Assembly (NCBI GenBank): GCA_965637545.1
Contig: OZ281498.1
Span: 3,224,001 to 3,288,000 of the forward strand
Length of the DNA stretch: 64,000 bases
Source: Phallusia mammillata
Taxonomy: Eukaryota
Reading direction: 5' to 3'
Part shown: piece after piece, positions 51,801-64,000 of the stretch
Layout: each line of letters starts with the position of its first letter
Numbering within the stretch: position 1 is the first letter of the stretch
Program-made: the position numbers and the translations under genes
Notes under the pieces: model-generated
Databases searched by the model: none
What the model saw: the letters and a program-made list of their open reading frames with translations, nothing else
Told to the model about the DNA's origin: nothing

Positions 51801-53291
51801 ATACTTGTATTTCTGTTGCCGCGTAAAGGCCTATTGTAAAACCTCTTGTCTGTGTTAAGCAAACACATCCTGTGTATTTTTCAGACCCCACTAACGCCAA
51901 CATACGAATATGATGAGATTACTCTGGAAAGGGTAAGTTTAAAAATATTCTGACTTTTTATACGAACACTGTATTATATAAACAGAATGCTTTTGTTGTT
52001 GGTTTTGTTTTAAAAAAAGTATTTTTGTGCAGGGAACTGCTGGCCTAGGATTTTCAATAGCTGGTGGCAGAGACAATCCCCTAGAAGGTGATGACGTCAG
52101 CATTTACATCACAAAAATTATTGCTGGAGGTGCAGCAGCAGCTGATGGAAGACTCAGGTGGGAATAGTATCTTTTTTGTTGTTTTTTATAACTTGTCGAA
52201 ATGTTAAGAAAAAAAAGAGTTATAAAAACTTTTTTGTTTTTGATAACTTCTTGAAACGTTTAAGGAAAGAGTTATATAAAGATGTATTTTTTAGGGCCAA
52301 CGATGCGATTATGTCGGTGAATGGAGTAGATACCAGCAACGTTTGTCATTCGGATGCGGTGAATGCCTTGAAGCTCGCAGGACCGAACGTGGTGTAAGTG
52401 ATTGAGGGGGTTGTCTGTTGCTGAATGGCTTTGCGCATTGACAATCTCGACATTTCATCCTCAGTCTGAAGATCAGACGACAGATCATGGCTCGTCCGGG
52501 GGATCCCCACTCCGATGTCGCGTATCTCGACAACCTGATTGATATAAAGCTGTACAAGGGAACAAAAGGTGGGTTGCTTCGCTTGCTCATCAATCAATAG
52601 GAATTTTGTTATTAAGGACAATAGGGCGAAATTACCTACACTGGAAGCTTTGGTGCGGGGCTAAAACACTTTCTGCATAAAAATCATCGAACCGGTTGCA
52701 GTAGCCATAGCCCTAAATAACCATCATAGTAGGCGAAAATGTATCTATTATAAGGCTCTTGAATCGACGCGTTGATTTATTTTCCTTTTGTTGCAAACAT
52801 TGGTATTTGAAAGAACTTTGAAACAGTTGAGTGCTAGTAGATGCTTTGTGGTAGTAATGTTTGGGTCTCAAAACATCCGGTCGATTGGATCTCTAAGTTC
52901 AGTCCTTCAATACAAAAGGGTTTTTCCTTTGCGACACGCTGAGCATTTACAAAACCTCAATGTGGCCCTACATTCTCTTTAGTTTTTGAACACGTGTAGT
53001 TGGGAGCGTTGCTGGATTATTGTTTTGTTTCTATACCCAAATCGTGCTTCGTTTGCGTCAAGGAGTTACGGAAAAAGTATACAGGAAAGTTTCCAAACAA
53101 CGTGCGGTTTCCGAAGTATTTTTGCCTTATTGCCAACTACCTAAATTTTCCAAAGCAGACCATAAGGCAGTTGTGGCCAACCTATGGCGCATGCGCCAAA
53201 CGTGGCGCATTGCATGACATGATTGCCTTCTTTTGATAATCATGAAAATCAAATTAATAAACTAATAAATAAATAAAGTAAGCCAGCCCTA

Positions 53292-53332
<41 letters not shown>

Positions 53333-56300
53333 CAGAGTTATTTTTTACTTAATAGTTCTTATTTCTTATTACTATCCTTCTCATGCGAAAGTTGTTTCTT
53401 TCTCTTTCTCTCTATATACAAGAAGTAGTCATAGAAGGTGGGGTTACGAGACATTTATGGCGCATCCAACACAGTACGTTAAAAACTAGGCGAATGGTAT
53501 GTAGAAGGTTGGCCACCCCTGCCATAAGGCATCAGCAATGTTAAACCATAGCATAAAAAAATCTGGCTTTTATACTGTTTAGTTGGCGACGATGATGCAT
53601 ATTTAGTGATTAGTTTCCCTATCTATCTTCGCCAGTGGCATCACATTCATCCGAATCGGCTTATTCTGGATTTGCGAAATCTGCTTTGTGTCTTAAGAAT
53701 CAAACTCGCAGTGAGTGACAAGTCGACAAAGAACAAACAGAGTGGATGGCAAAAATCCTAAGATCAGACATACACTTTACGAAATGAATCTGGCCCAGAC
53801 GGCTTAGGGTTTTACCAGTGCTTTCCCCCCATTAAACAAGCCCAATATAGTGCTCACAATTGTTTTAGGGGTTGGCATGTAAACACTTTGGCTTTAAATG
53901 GTGTTTTCTGGCTTCATTGTTATCCAATGTGAAAGGTTTCAATTTGTTTTGGTCAAAAGCTAAAAAACGTAGGTGTTGGCTATTTATATATTGGTGTACG
54001 AATATTATTTTAGCATGCTCAGCACTTTTAAAAAACATGTTTGTCCGACAAAAGTAGTAAGTTTGACTCAGATATGTTATTGGGTAAGCAACCAGTGGGA
54101 AAACCGTGCTGCCAATTACTGTTCGTGCAATAAAAAAACACATACATAAATGTAAATTTATTAGCACACAGCGTACAAATGAATATATGAATGTGTACAC
54201 ACGGCATTCACTAAAGTTCTTCCTTGCAAGCCTTACTTAACATGTATTGACTATTCCAGGACTTGGCTTCAGCATCGCGGGTGGTGTGGGCAACCAGCAC
54301 ATGCCTGACGACAATGGGATATACGTGACGAAAATAATCGAGGGCGGAGCTGCCGAAGCCGACGGGACGCTGCAAGTCGGCGACAAAATAATGATCGTAA
54401 GTTCCCCAGTTTTTCGCTTAACTGAGAGAGCTAAAGAAATTCCTAAAATCGGTTTTAAGAATCTTGTGTAACTTGCGCATTGCTTGCTAGTTACTGTTGT
54501 CGCTATGTAGAAGTTAAAAAGATTGTTTTGCGTAATTACATTATGTTTATTTATGGCTTACCACTTTATGTTGATAACAAATTTCATTCACGACTCGATC
54601 AAATTACTGTATTGTAATTACACGTTTCCAAAACACTCAACATTTAAAGCGACAAAGGGCCAAAAGTATGTGTTGGCAATCAGTTAGCAGAAAAATGGTT
54701 TTGTTATTTCGATTATTTGAAAATCCTTCCTTTGTCTGTGTCCAAGAATTTGCAAAAATAGAAGTTAAAGTTTCCTAAGTAACTACGCTGTCCTAAAATT
54801 CCCATTTTCAAGCCAGGGTAAATGTATTTAGAAGTAACAATACAAAATAATGTTAAAAATATAGAATAATAGAATTCTTCGGTCACGAATTTTACCGAAT
54901 GCTTTTGCAACTTTAGGTCGACGGCACGTCATTGCTTGACGTCACGCATGAGATGGCAGTGAATATTCTCAAGTCGACAGACAACGTTGTCGAGATTCAA
55001 GTTGCTAGGCAACCGGCTGTCGTTTCGCTCCAGTACCTTCCACCCGACGCCTACCCGAAGGAACATTCGTTGCCTGGCAACAGCGACTTCGCGCAAAGTT
55101 TCCATGCCAACGATGACGTCACACCCGTCATTCTACCGCCACCCAACGACGAGTTTAATCACGAAAAACGTGAACCAAGTTTATTTGCACAAAACGAACT
55201 AGAAATCGGTAGGTTATGTTTTTTTATTAAATTAAAAACAGAATGAAATAATACTAAATGTTTCGCACAAGATAGTTTACAACTCATTAATAGTTTGTAG
55301 AGGTTAAACGGCTACTTTTGGTAATTTAAATATTGAGTAAAACGTTTCTAGTGGTTAACCAAGTTAAGTAGACATGAATTGCCACAACATTTTCTCGGAG
55401 AGCATATGTTGTACTTTTGGGCATCCTAAACCAGTGCATAAAGTTTTCAAAATGATGATTTCGTGACGAACTACCAAAGTTCATTTCTCTATCACGTGAT
55501 CCACTTGGGACGCAACAAGTAATTTATTAACGAACAAGTAACGTGCTCGAATCGTAGAAAGAAAAACGCATTTACATGTTAACCTTGTTCACATGCCTCT
55601 CTATCAGCCACCGAATAGAGCTCTGTAATGCCAGTATTTCATATTTTACTTGTGTGGTGAATACTAAAGCGATAGGAGTTTGATAAGAAACTGAAAAGGT
55701 TTGATATTGAAATAATTTGCAAAGATTGTGGAAGGCTGTGTTATCATAAGGTCATTCTAACAACGTACGATATGGAGAAATGTTTTTGTAGCGGATGCAA
55801 GACAGATTTCTAAGCAAGTTGCTAAGAAAGTGTCTTTATTCTTTTGGTTTTCCAAGTGATTTCTTAAAGCTTTACTTATTGACTTGGAGTTATTCAAACA
55901 AGGAGACATATGTAATAGAAAAAGTAATATAAGGTTTTTGTTACATAACTGTGGACGAAAACCACAATTGTAGATTTTTTTCGCAGCAACTTCGAACATC
56001 GCTGCCTCGCCTTCTAGCGATTTCGACCCTGGAATGTCATTACAGGGAGATGCGGATGTTCAGCAAATCAACGACATGCTGCAGTCGCCACACAACGTTA
56101 TAAGCAGGTTGGTCTCGTTACTTATGAAGAAATGCTGGAATGATACTTGCTTAAACTTTGTTGTTTGTTACACAGGCGAAATTAACGCTAGGTGTCGTAC
56201 TCAGCCATGTGTTTCGTTTTATTTTGTTTGTGTTGTTGAAATAAATTTTGGGGCCTGTTTTGGACTGTATGAGCGAACCATAAACAAAAGATACAGATAT

Positions 56301-59300
56301 TGGCCTGAACTAAAGGCTAGAAAGGATCTGAAAGATTAGGACAGTGGTTCCCAACCTTTGTCGACGAAGGCCTCCCTTATTAAGGGACCCTTAACAATTC
56401 AAAATATTTTCATTTTTCCCCAATAGACTACATAGTAGATGCTAAACCATACAGAGATCATTTAAAATTATTTTTTTTATCAACTTTACAGATTGTATTC
56501 CCAGAGCTTAAGTGTTTATTTACGAACCACACATGAAAATTAAAGTAAATTTATCCCCTCAAACTTAAAAATTCCTTTCTGGTTTGCAACCACTGGATTA
56601 GATCATCATATAATCTGTATAAAATAGATGTTTAAATTCTGTTTTGGTCTGGTTTGAAGCGATTACAAAATGTCATACCACATGTAACAGGTCAAGATTT
56701 TCCTCTTTCTTTTAAGTTTTACAACAATTGAATTAATGAACTTTCTGATTTCATCACAGGGAAGAACGAGTTGTTACGCTTCAGAAAACTGGCGGAGGAC
56801 TCGGTTTCAACATCGTTGGTGGCGATGGTGCAGAGGGAATTTTCATCTCTTACATACTGACCGGTGGCACGGCAGATTTAAGTGGCGAACTCCATCGCGG
56901 GGATCAAATTTTATCAGTAAGTAAATCAATGCAACGATATCCACTGGACGTGTGTATTTGCCCTATCTTATCTTATCTCTGCACTCTATTGCTGGTTCAT
57001 CCTGGGTTGTTGTATTTGATAAAGTAGGAAATGTTATATGTTGTCACCTGTATTAACTTCGTGCTACCGCCTAATGTAAACATTACATTACAAACCAAGC
57101 AGACTAATGTTGAACCCAAGCACTGTGGAAAATTGTACATTTTGGAGAATAACACCTAATTTCCGCTGGTAGACAAATAGTACACTCTCGCTCATTTTGC
57201 ATGTAACCATGTGAACTAGCCAGAACGTCAACACCAACACATACTTTTTGGGAATTCTATGTAGTGAATATTTTAGTGTTCCGGATAAGGTTGCCTGAAG
57301 TTTTTTCAATGCATTTTTTTCACAGGACATTTTTGCAACTTTAGTCTATGGGGTGTTTTGTCATTTACAGTTGTGAAACTACCAACAACATAGTTGGTTT
57401 AAGATGATGTGGTTGTCAGGGATCTGGTTAATATTATACCAAACAGTTCATTTTCGGGAGGCAGAAAATGTGAATAAAAATATTAAGAAAACTGTAATAT
57501 GTTTTTCCAACTAAGTTAACCCAAACATTGCACATGATTTATCATTGTTCATTTGTTACTGAATGTACATAAACGAACCTATGCTCGAAATCGTATAAGG
57601 AATGTATTTAGTAATCTGGATCATAATTTGTATGGGGTAACTTGGAAACAATGGTGAAAGGCACCAGACTAAAAGTATGGTCCGAAACCTCTTTCTAATA
57701 AAATGAATGTGAAGGCGGGTTATTTCAATTACCGCAAAGATATAATGCAGTTTTGCTGTGTAGTAAAGGCCAAGGAAAATCGCACTTTAAAAATCACCAG
57801 ACGCTTAGTTTGATTTCTAAGATTGTTGATTTTTTTCAGGTGAACGATACGGATTTAAGAAAAGCGAATCACGAAGAAGCCGCACATGCTTTGAAAAGCG
57901 CCGACAAAGTAGTCACCATCTTGGCACAGTACAAACCAGAAGGTTAGACCATTTGGATTTTTTTGCAAGCGACAGTGGCGTGTGTTGAGTTTTGGACAGG
58001 TGTGCATCTGCTATACTATTGGGTCTAATGATTTTTTACCCACAATTTATAACCGTGAATGAAATGTGTTCGTGAAAATATTTAATTCAGAGCTAAAAAA
58101 TACGTGTTTTGCTGTTAAGTTGGATAGTTTAGTGTAAAAAGAACGTTTTTCGCGCTGTTTTGTCCAAAGAAAATCCTGGTGTATTTATATACAATCTTGC
58201 GTGATTCGCTTTATTTGACCGTGAGACTGTCAGTCAACCGGCGGTGTATGAATAATAATTCTATTTCTGGAATTCGACCTCTGATTGTGGAGTGACATAT
58301 GCTTGCATGAAAATTCACCTCATGGCGCGTGCGACGCAACAGACCGGTTTTAGCACATTGTACACGTCACAAATTACCCGATGACGCCTTGAGTCTTTAA
58401 CGCTTTTCTGCAAGACTGTTAAGTGACAGCTTTGCTTCGAAGAGTCGCACGTTTTCCAAAAAATACGTGGATCGGGCATTAGCAGCAACACGAATTCTGG
58501 CAACAAGTCGGTATTAGGACTTGGCAAAATGACAATATGCGTCACTTTCTACGAAGACTGAACTTTTGCTCTGTAACTCAATCAGAATGTTTGCTAGAGT
58601 AGTTTGCTGGTTTCATCGTGTTGTTGCGTTTCAGTGTCAGCTGAAGGTTCAGGTATTTAGAAGAATAAACAAGGATAGGGTTTGCGTTTGTACATGTTAT
58701 TATGCTGATGCAAGTCATGTTTCTTGGCTTTCGTTGTTCCATAGGCCGAGTAAGCATGACAAAATCATTATACTTAGAACAATGGTTTTAGGTAGATGAT
58801 TAGCATACAGTTAGTTCAGTCGGAAAATTTTAAAGTGTAAGTCAGCTGTGCAACTTTAAATTTTGGAAATAAGAACCAAACGGAAATCGTATACAACATA
58901 AGTGCAATCATGACTACATGCTGAATGTTCTCTGTTGAAATTTTTTTTGCTCCAGTTACTTGAAATTGCACAAGAATGATGAGAATCCAGTCTCTTTAAC
59001 GGTTTTGCCTTAACGTCCAACGGGCAAGCAGTGTTTTGTATTTTTATCGTATCATGCTATATTTATGTCTGCCGTCCTGCTGATGCGGTCATGCGCTTCC
59101 GGAGCTCAGCATTACGAGAAGTATCGTTGACTCACTGTGAACTGCACAGTTCATTTGACCTGATGAAACTGCAACAACTTGCATTCATTGTTGTAACTGC
59201 AATGCATCAGTCAGTTCAGTTCAGGTGATGAAACTGCAGTCGCGTCAGTAATTATCAGTTTTACTGTTATCGCCATTGGCTCCCAAAGGTGCAAGGAAAA

Positions 59301-62300
59301 AGCGCCAAGTACGTCTGCTGGTGCGATTAGTTGCTTGTTTGCGCAATGTGCTACGTCACCGGGATTTCGCGTGCCACCTTAAAGGTGCCGAGTGGACGCC
59401 TGTCAGCGTTGTCATAAGTTAAAGGTAGCGATGGTGCGTGGGTCATTCAGTTGGCAGTGACTACACCACGGAACAGGAAAAGTTTGTTAGGTTTTAGAAA
59501 CAAATTATCACTGGGCAGTGCATGCTACCCTAGACTCTGAGTCATTTTTAACATGTGATTTCACGTTGTATGCAAACCTGTTGCAACATACGTAGTACCT
59601 CGTTTGTTTGCAGCCACGACAGACAGTTAGACCTATCACCAGTTATGTCAGTCAAAAAACGCTTTTATTGTTTCTTTTAGCAGTTAACGACAGCCTTGGT
59701 GGCGAACTAGGATTACTCGCAGGTTACTGTTTCACGCGAGTATAACAAGCTATTCGGTTAAAACCGCCACTGTGGTTACACTGCAATGGATTCCACTACA
59801 TTAGATGGTGATGTGAGTAAAGATCCAAACCGATCCAAAAATCTTGATGAGACTGACGCATCGCTAATGGAAGTGCGACCTGGCACCAATCAGTTTCTTC
59901 GCAAGCTAACTTTGCGTTTGTCAAAGCGCTCGCGTCGCAAGAAACGGAAAACAGCAACGGAAGATACCCAGCAGGGCAGCAAGGAAAATGTGACAAGCAA
60001 CGGTGTACAGGGCGAAGGTGAGGTCTTGATCAAAATTAGCATGACGTTTTTTTGTGTTTGTTGTGAAATTGATAAAATTTGTCATCGTGAACAATAAAAA
60101 TGCTGATTTAAAGATATGTTTGCATTCCCGAAGAGTTTTTACTGCAGTCGAAAATTGCCCTTGAACAAACGTAAACAGTATTTAATAAACTGAATTATTC
60201 ATGCTGGCTTTGCCCGACTCTAGAAGTAATAACGTTTCAAATTTTCATCATCCAAGGTGATTAGATCCACACAAAAAGTCTCATACGTTTTACTTTTAAA
60301 TAACTTTAAAGTCCAGTTCAAAAACAGCAATGGAATATGGATTTTCAAACCCGAAGATCATGTGAATAATTTGTCAGGGTGACCGGGTTGTAATCAGCCT
60401 TAGCAATCTTCCTAATGTCACTGCTCAAAGCCGAGCAAATTACGCGCGTTTTTGCGACGACTCTGTAATCAACATAGGGTTATTAAAACGGTCGATGCCG
60501 GGTTGCATAATGAATCGACGGTTGTCCGTTGCATATTGCGCGCTGTCGCCCAAATCGATACCCTGCTCCATTTGTCCTAAATAATTAAAAGAGCCGTTGT
60601 TCGTTGTACCAACACCCGTCTGTATAGATTGGCGCGTAAAGTGAACGTTAGACGTTTGTGCTGCTTGGCGGCGTGTGAAGTCAAATACTTTTATGTGGTG
60701 CTTATGTCAATGAGACTAGAATTTGATCAATGTTTCCACTTGGGTAAAATTAGGGTTTACGAGAGACTGTGGCCTTTATAGTTGCGGGTAAGTTTTGTGT
60801 TTTGTTAGAGTTTGTTATATTGATACTTTGTAAGTTGTAACAGTTGGATTTTCTTTGGATTGTTTCGTGCCACAAGCGGAATTTGGGGCATTGTTTGTCA
60901 TTGTTTGCTCGGAATGCTTCACGAAAATGCGGGAGTAAACTTTCATTTAGCAAACAAACTTTTTAATGATGTTAAGTACTATTAACCTGTGTGTCTTTTG
61001 ATGTACGCAGTTAGCCAAAAGTTATACACATGAGGCTTGTCTGCATAGTGAGTATCCGTTGACCTTGTTGTTTGTTCGCCGCATGACTGGTTTTGCCTTG
61101 TCTAAACTCAACATCAAATCTATGCGGCTTATCGGCGCTGCGTCTGCCGAAGCGTGACAAACGAAAATCGGTGAGAGAGCCGGCGAATGAATGGACTGAG
61201 ATCGGAATGTGAAGCGCTTTTACACCAAGCACTCCGTCGTTACGCTCGTGGCCGTGCGTTAAGCACACACACAGCTCGCATGCGCGCACACACAATTTAT
61301 GCTGTGAAGAACTGGCATGTCAGTGTGCGTTCTGTTTCTGTGAGAAGGAACGATGATCTCCCAAAGCGAAGAAAACTGAGATTTGGTCGCCGTGAGCGCC
61401 GTATGTGCGTCATGTTTATGCGGTTTTCGCAAGCCCGTTCAGGCATTGCGATTAAACTGCAGAGTGAAACATGATTGCCGTTATCATATGAACAGATGAC
61501 AGTTAGTCAGTTACAGAGCTTTATTTAAGGATCGCGTTTCCTAACTACGTCACTTTCGGAAAGTTGCGCAGTGGGCTGTAAAATACCATTAGCTGATTTT
61601 GTTTCTTGCCTCAATGTGCCAAACTGCCAGTACCCTCGTATAGTGTTCTATTTTGTTTGTATACATACCGGTTGAAACCGGAACTAAGGCACTTGAAATG
61701 AAGATACAGCGTTTCCTAGGTATATCACTTCATTCAGTCAGACTTCAAGGGAAATAGGATGTTGTTGTGAAATATGAACTGGTTCAATTGAACATTAATT
61801 GATGACCAGTTAGACTTGACAGTTTGATTGCTTTCTGTGGTTTTGGTTAGTGCTATGATGAATTGTGATTTTGTTTTTGCATTGTAGTACGTCACTGTTT
61901 GTAGGTGCAAATAAAAATGGTTTAGTTTAACAGATAAATAACTGTTTTGCCCAGCAAGGTGAGTGTGAATAAATCTGTTTCATTGCAAGTGGTAGTTTTA
62001 AAAATATGTTGTCAAACAATCCAGTAATATGCTCTAAAATTGCCGAAACAATGTGATATTGTAAAATCATCAAGTCAATAAATGATTAGCTGCAGACAGT
62101 GCACACTGTTTTGACCTATGAGGTCCATCAGTACAGCTGGTGACAAGAATGCTACATTGAATATATCAATTTGGCAAAAAAATTTAAACTGTTTCATGTT
62201 TTATTAGTAAGATTTGAGGTAGTTCTGTGGGCCATAGGTATTCTTGCGCTTTATGTTGGTAAAATAGATGTGATTTTTCTACAGAGTACAACAGGTTTGA

Positions 62301-63861
62301 AGAAAAAATTCAAGAGCTTCGGGAACAGATGATGAACCTTTCTGTCAGTAGTGGAGGCAGTCTGTTAACATCACAAAAGAAAACACTTTATGTCCGAGCC
62401 CTATTTGACTATGATGCATCAAGAGATTCAGGCCTTCCCAGCAAAGGTAGCATTCTATTCTATGTTCTTCTAATAATAAGTAATCTTTAACATGCTCCTT
62501 TCTATATTTTGCATCTAAGTTATATTTGTGCACTCCCCCTTAAGATTTGTGCTGTTTTTAGGCTTGCCATTTCGGTATGGTGACATTTTGCATGTGATCA
62601 ATGCTTCTGATGACGAATGGTGGCAAGCAAGACGTGTGGTAAGCTTTCCCATCCACTGTACTTCCTTTTTGCAACATACTAATGCTTAATGTTGAATGTT
62701 CAGGAAGTTATAGCTGTCATTTAGAATCTGTTTGTAACAGCTTTAGTTTTTTTGTAAATGTTTGTTTTTTAAGACATGCTTCCCCCTTTCAAAATACATG
62801 TTGAATATTTATCGGATTAAGGTTGTATTTTTTGGTTATTTGTAACAATCTATTGTTTCAAAGCAATATTTAAAAACATGCTCCAAAAAACATAGCTTGG
62901 TCCTATATTGCATGTGGTTTTTGTTGAGTAGGTGGCACAGAAGATGCTATAAAAATGGTTGTGTTTTGTGACTGTGGGCTGCCAATACGCAAATAGTGTG
63001 GTGTGTTGCAGGAAGGGGGGCATGATAGTGAGGAATATGGAGTTATCCCAGCAAAACAAAGAGTTGAACGAAGGGAAAGAGCAAGATTGAAACAAGTGAA
63101 ATTTTCACAAATCAGACCTTCCTATATTGACACTAAGGTTGGCACACATGACAATTAAGTATTTGTTTTCCAATATTTACTCACAAAGTTTGTACTCTTT
63201 AATCTTAGTTTGGTGGGCAACCTGTATGTTTCAAAATTTATGATTTAAAATCTGTAATTTTTCTTAGTCAAACTAGACCTATTTAGATTATTAGGTCTGC
63301 AATTTTTTCTATTAAAACAAAAAGTAATAATGTCAGAAACATACTGCTTCATAATTACCTACATTTTGTTGCAATCTAGGAATCTTTTAGTCATGTGAAA
63401 AGGAAAAAGAGTATGATGTTCAGCCGAAAATTTCCATTTTATAAAAGCAAAGAAAATTTGGACGATTCAAGTGATCCTGAAAGTGAGTCTTCAATGAGTG
63501 AGTCGAATTTTTGTAAATTTAGCACCTAAAGCCCTATTTTTCATTTTTTATACAAACTGTTATATACCAGTCTTTTTTGAATGAGGTAATACTCACATAC
63601 AGTGTGTAATCTTGACTGGTTAATACAGTTGAACGAATAATCTTGGTTGCCACTTGAGTTTTGTTGACTGAATATTTATTTCAGACCATGTTGCATCCAA
63701 CAACCAAAGTGACAGCGAAACAAGCATCAGTAAGTTACATGTTTGACTTAATGGAAAAATTAATGCATATTTTTTAGTTTTTATTTTATATACTTACACT
63801 TACGTTTTCTTTTAAGGAGAAGATGTCATCCTTTCATATGAAACTGTCGTACAGAAAGAGT
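45831..63861 (+). CDS. DLG1: Discs-large MAGUK (DLG1-4 family), L27/beta isoform; 3'-partial (GK domain lies beyond the window)
   Basis: L27 exons 45831-45849 (MPVRKQ), 46005-46136, 46418-46578 ([10 protein letters not shown]). Then 51427-51573 (KYQYNGDD), 51726-51767, 51885-51932 ([10 protein letters not shown]). PDZ1 and PDZ2: 52033-52157, 52295-52393, 52465-52568, 54260-54396, 54917-55208. Linker 55987-56107. PDZ3: 56760-56916, 57840-57942. SH3: 62285-62446, 62562-62638, 63012-63137. HOOK: 63380-63482, 63685-63729, 63817-63861. Phases are consistent. The symbol marks the family; one-to-one orthology to DLG1 is not implied. Confidence 0.95.
48499..48522 (+). CDS. Alternative DLG first coding exon, alpha-type 1 (MSCMCFSK)
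   Basis: ATG TCC TGT ATG TGT TTC TCA AAG followed by the consensus donor GTGAGT; phase 0 matches the KYQY exon at 51427; Cys3 and Cys5. Confidence 0.75.
50685..50747 (+). CDS. Alternative DLG first coding exon, alpha-type 2 ([21 protein letters not shown])
   Basis: 21 codons; donor AAG|GTAAAG in phase 0; acceptor CTTTCCCTCACAG 1 nt before the ATG; Cys3, Cys5, Cys9 and terminal FGCK. Confidence 0.8.
53168..53521. mobile_element. hAT-type MITE (354 bp) in a DLG intron
   Basis: TIRs CAGTTGTGGCCAACCT / AGGTTGGCCACCCCTG; perfect 8-bp TSD CCATAAGG (53160-53167 and 53522-53529). Confidence 0.92.
53297..53326. repeat. (TA)15 microsatellite inside the MITE
   Basis: Direct read of the TA run. Confidence 0.95.
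56342..56595. mobile_element. hAT-type MITE (254 bp) in a DLG intron
   Basis: TIRs CAGTGGTTCCCAACC / GGTTTGCAACCACTG; degenerate TSD GATTAGGA vs GATTAGAT. Confidence 0.8.
59786..60017 (+). CDS. Candidate internal first exon of a PDZ-less DLG isoform (77 aa, polybasic)
   Basis: ATG 59786 is preceded by an in-frame TAA; encodes [13 protein letters not shown]...[19 protein letters not shown]...VQGE; donor GAAG|GTGAGG in phase 1 matches the exon at 62285 (EYNRFEEKI); acceptor TTTCTTTTAG at 59680 upstream. Confidence 0.62.
61187..61400 (+). CDS. Second candidate internal first exon of a PDZ-less DLG isoform
   Basis: ORF from ATG 61187 (or 61280) ends in [10 protein letters not shown](RER). Two nearby donors, GTGAGC at 61392 and GTATGT at 61401, are both phase 1 and compatible with the exon at 62285. 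Confidence 0.4.
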
Positions 63862-64000
63862 GTAAGTTAATGTCATGTTTTTTTTCTATAACTGTTAGGT
63901 TTATGTCCTTTACCCTTATACTGCTTGAAAACCAGCACAATTACTGTAAGTTAGTGAAAATACATTTCCTTTACACTGTGTACATTGACGAAACATTATC

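Noticed and set aside
53775-53815. GPDGLGF peptide resembling a PDZ carboxylate-binding loop (possible mutually exclusive exon)
   Set aside because: No suitable acceptor and donor in the needed phases; PDZ2 is fully accounted for by exons 52465-52568 and 54260-54396.
58587-58652. [22 protein letters not shown] as another internal DLG first exon
   Set aside because: Its donors are phase 0, but the downstream exon at 62285 needs phase 1.
63569-63583. 15-nt poison micro-exon (CCAG TCTTTTTTGAATGAG GTAATA) in the HOOK region
   Set aside because: Splice-like flanks of this size arise often by chance in AT-rich introns; nothing else supports it.

Overview
This is eukaryotic (animal) genomic DNA: AT-rich, compact, with many 55-75 nt spliceosomal introns. 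The gene set and architecture suggest an invertebrate chordate, most likely an ascidian tunicate; this is inference and the species cannot be determined. Genes were reconstructed by hand from splice sites and reading frame, in this order: IQ-motif protein (-), MRPS25 (+), choline dehydrogenase CHDH (-), a candidate unannotated 3-exon secreted micropeptide (+), ceramide-1-phosphate transfer protein CPTP (+), mitochondrial-type creatine kinase (-), an intronless kinesin light chain (-), SAP130 (+), and a Discs-large MAGUK (DLG1-4 type, +) that runs off the right edge. At least 11 non-autonomous hAT elements/MITEs with TIRs and 8-bp TSDs are present, including a nested stack. The most striking feature is the DLG locus. 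Besides the L27 (beta) N-terminus, it hides two tiny Cys-x-Cys alpha-type first exons (MSCMCFSK and [21 protein letters not shown]) that splice in frame to the KYQY exon, plus one or two internal first exons that would give PDZ-less SH3-HOOK-GK isoforms. One gene may thus encode the N-terminal isoform repertoire that vertebrates spread over PSD-95, PSD-93, SAP97 and SAP102. Also notable: the creatine kinase has a broken phosphagen-kinase signature (CPSNCGN instead of CPSNLGT). No rRNA, intact tRNA, CRISPR array or autonomous transposase was found. All homology statements are from memory of the families, not from database searches.
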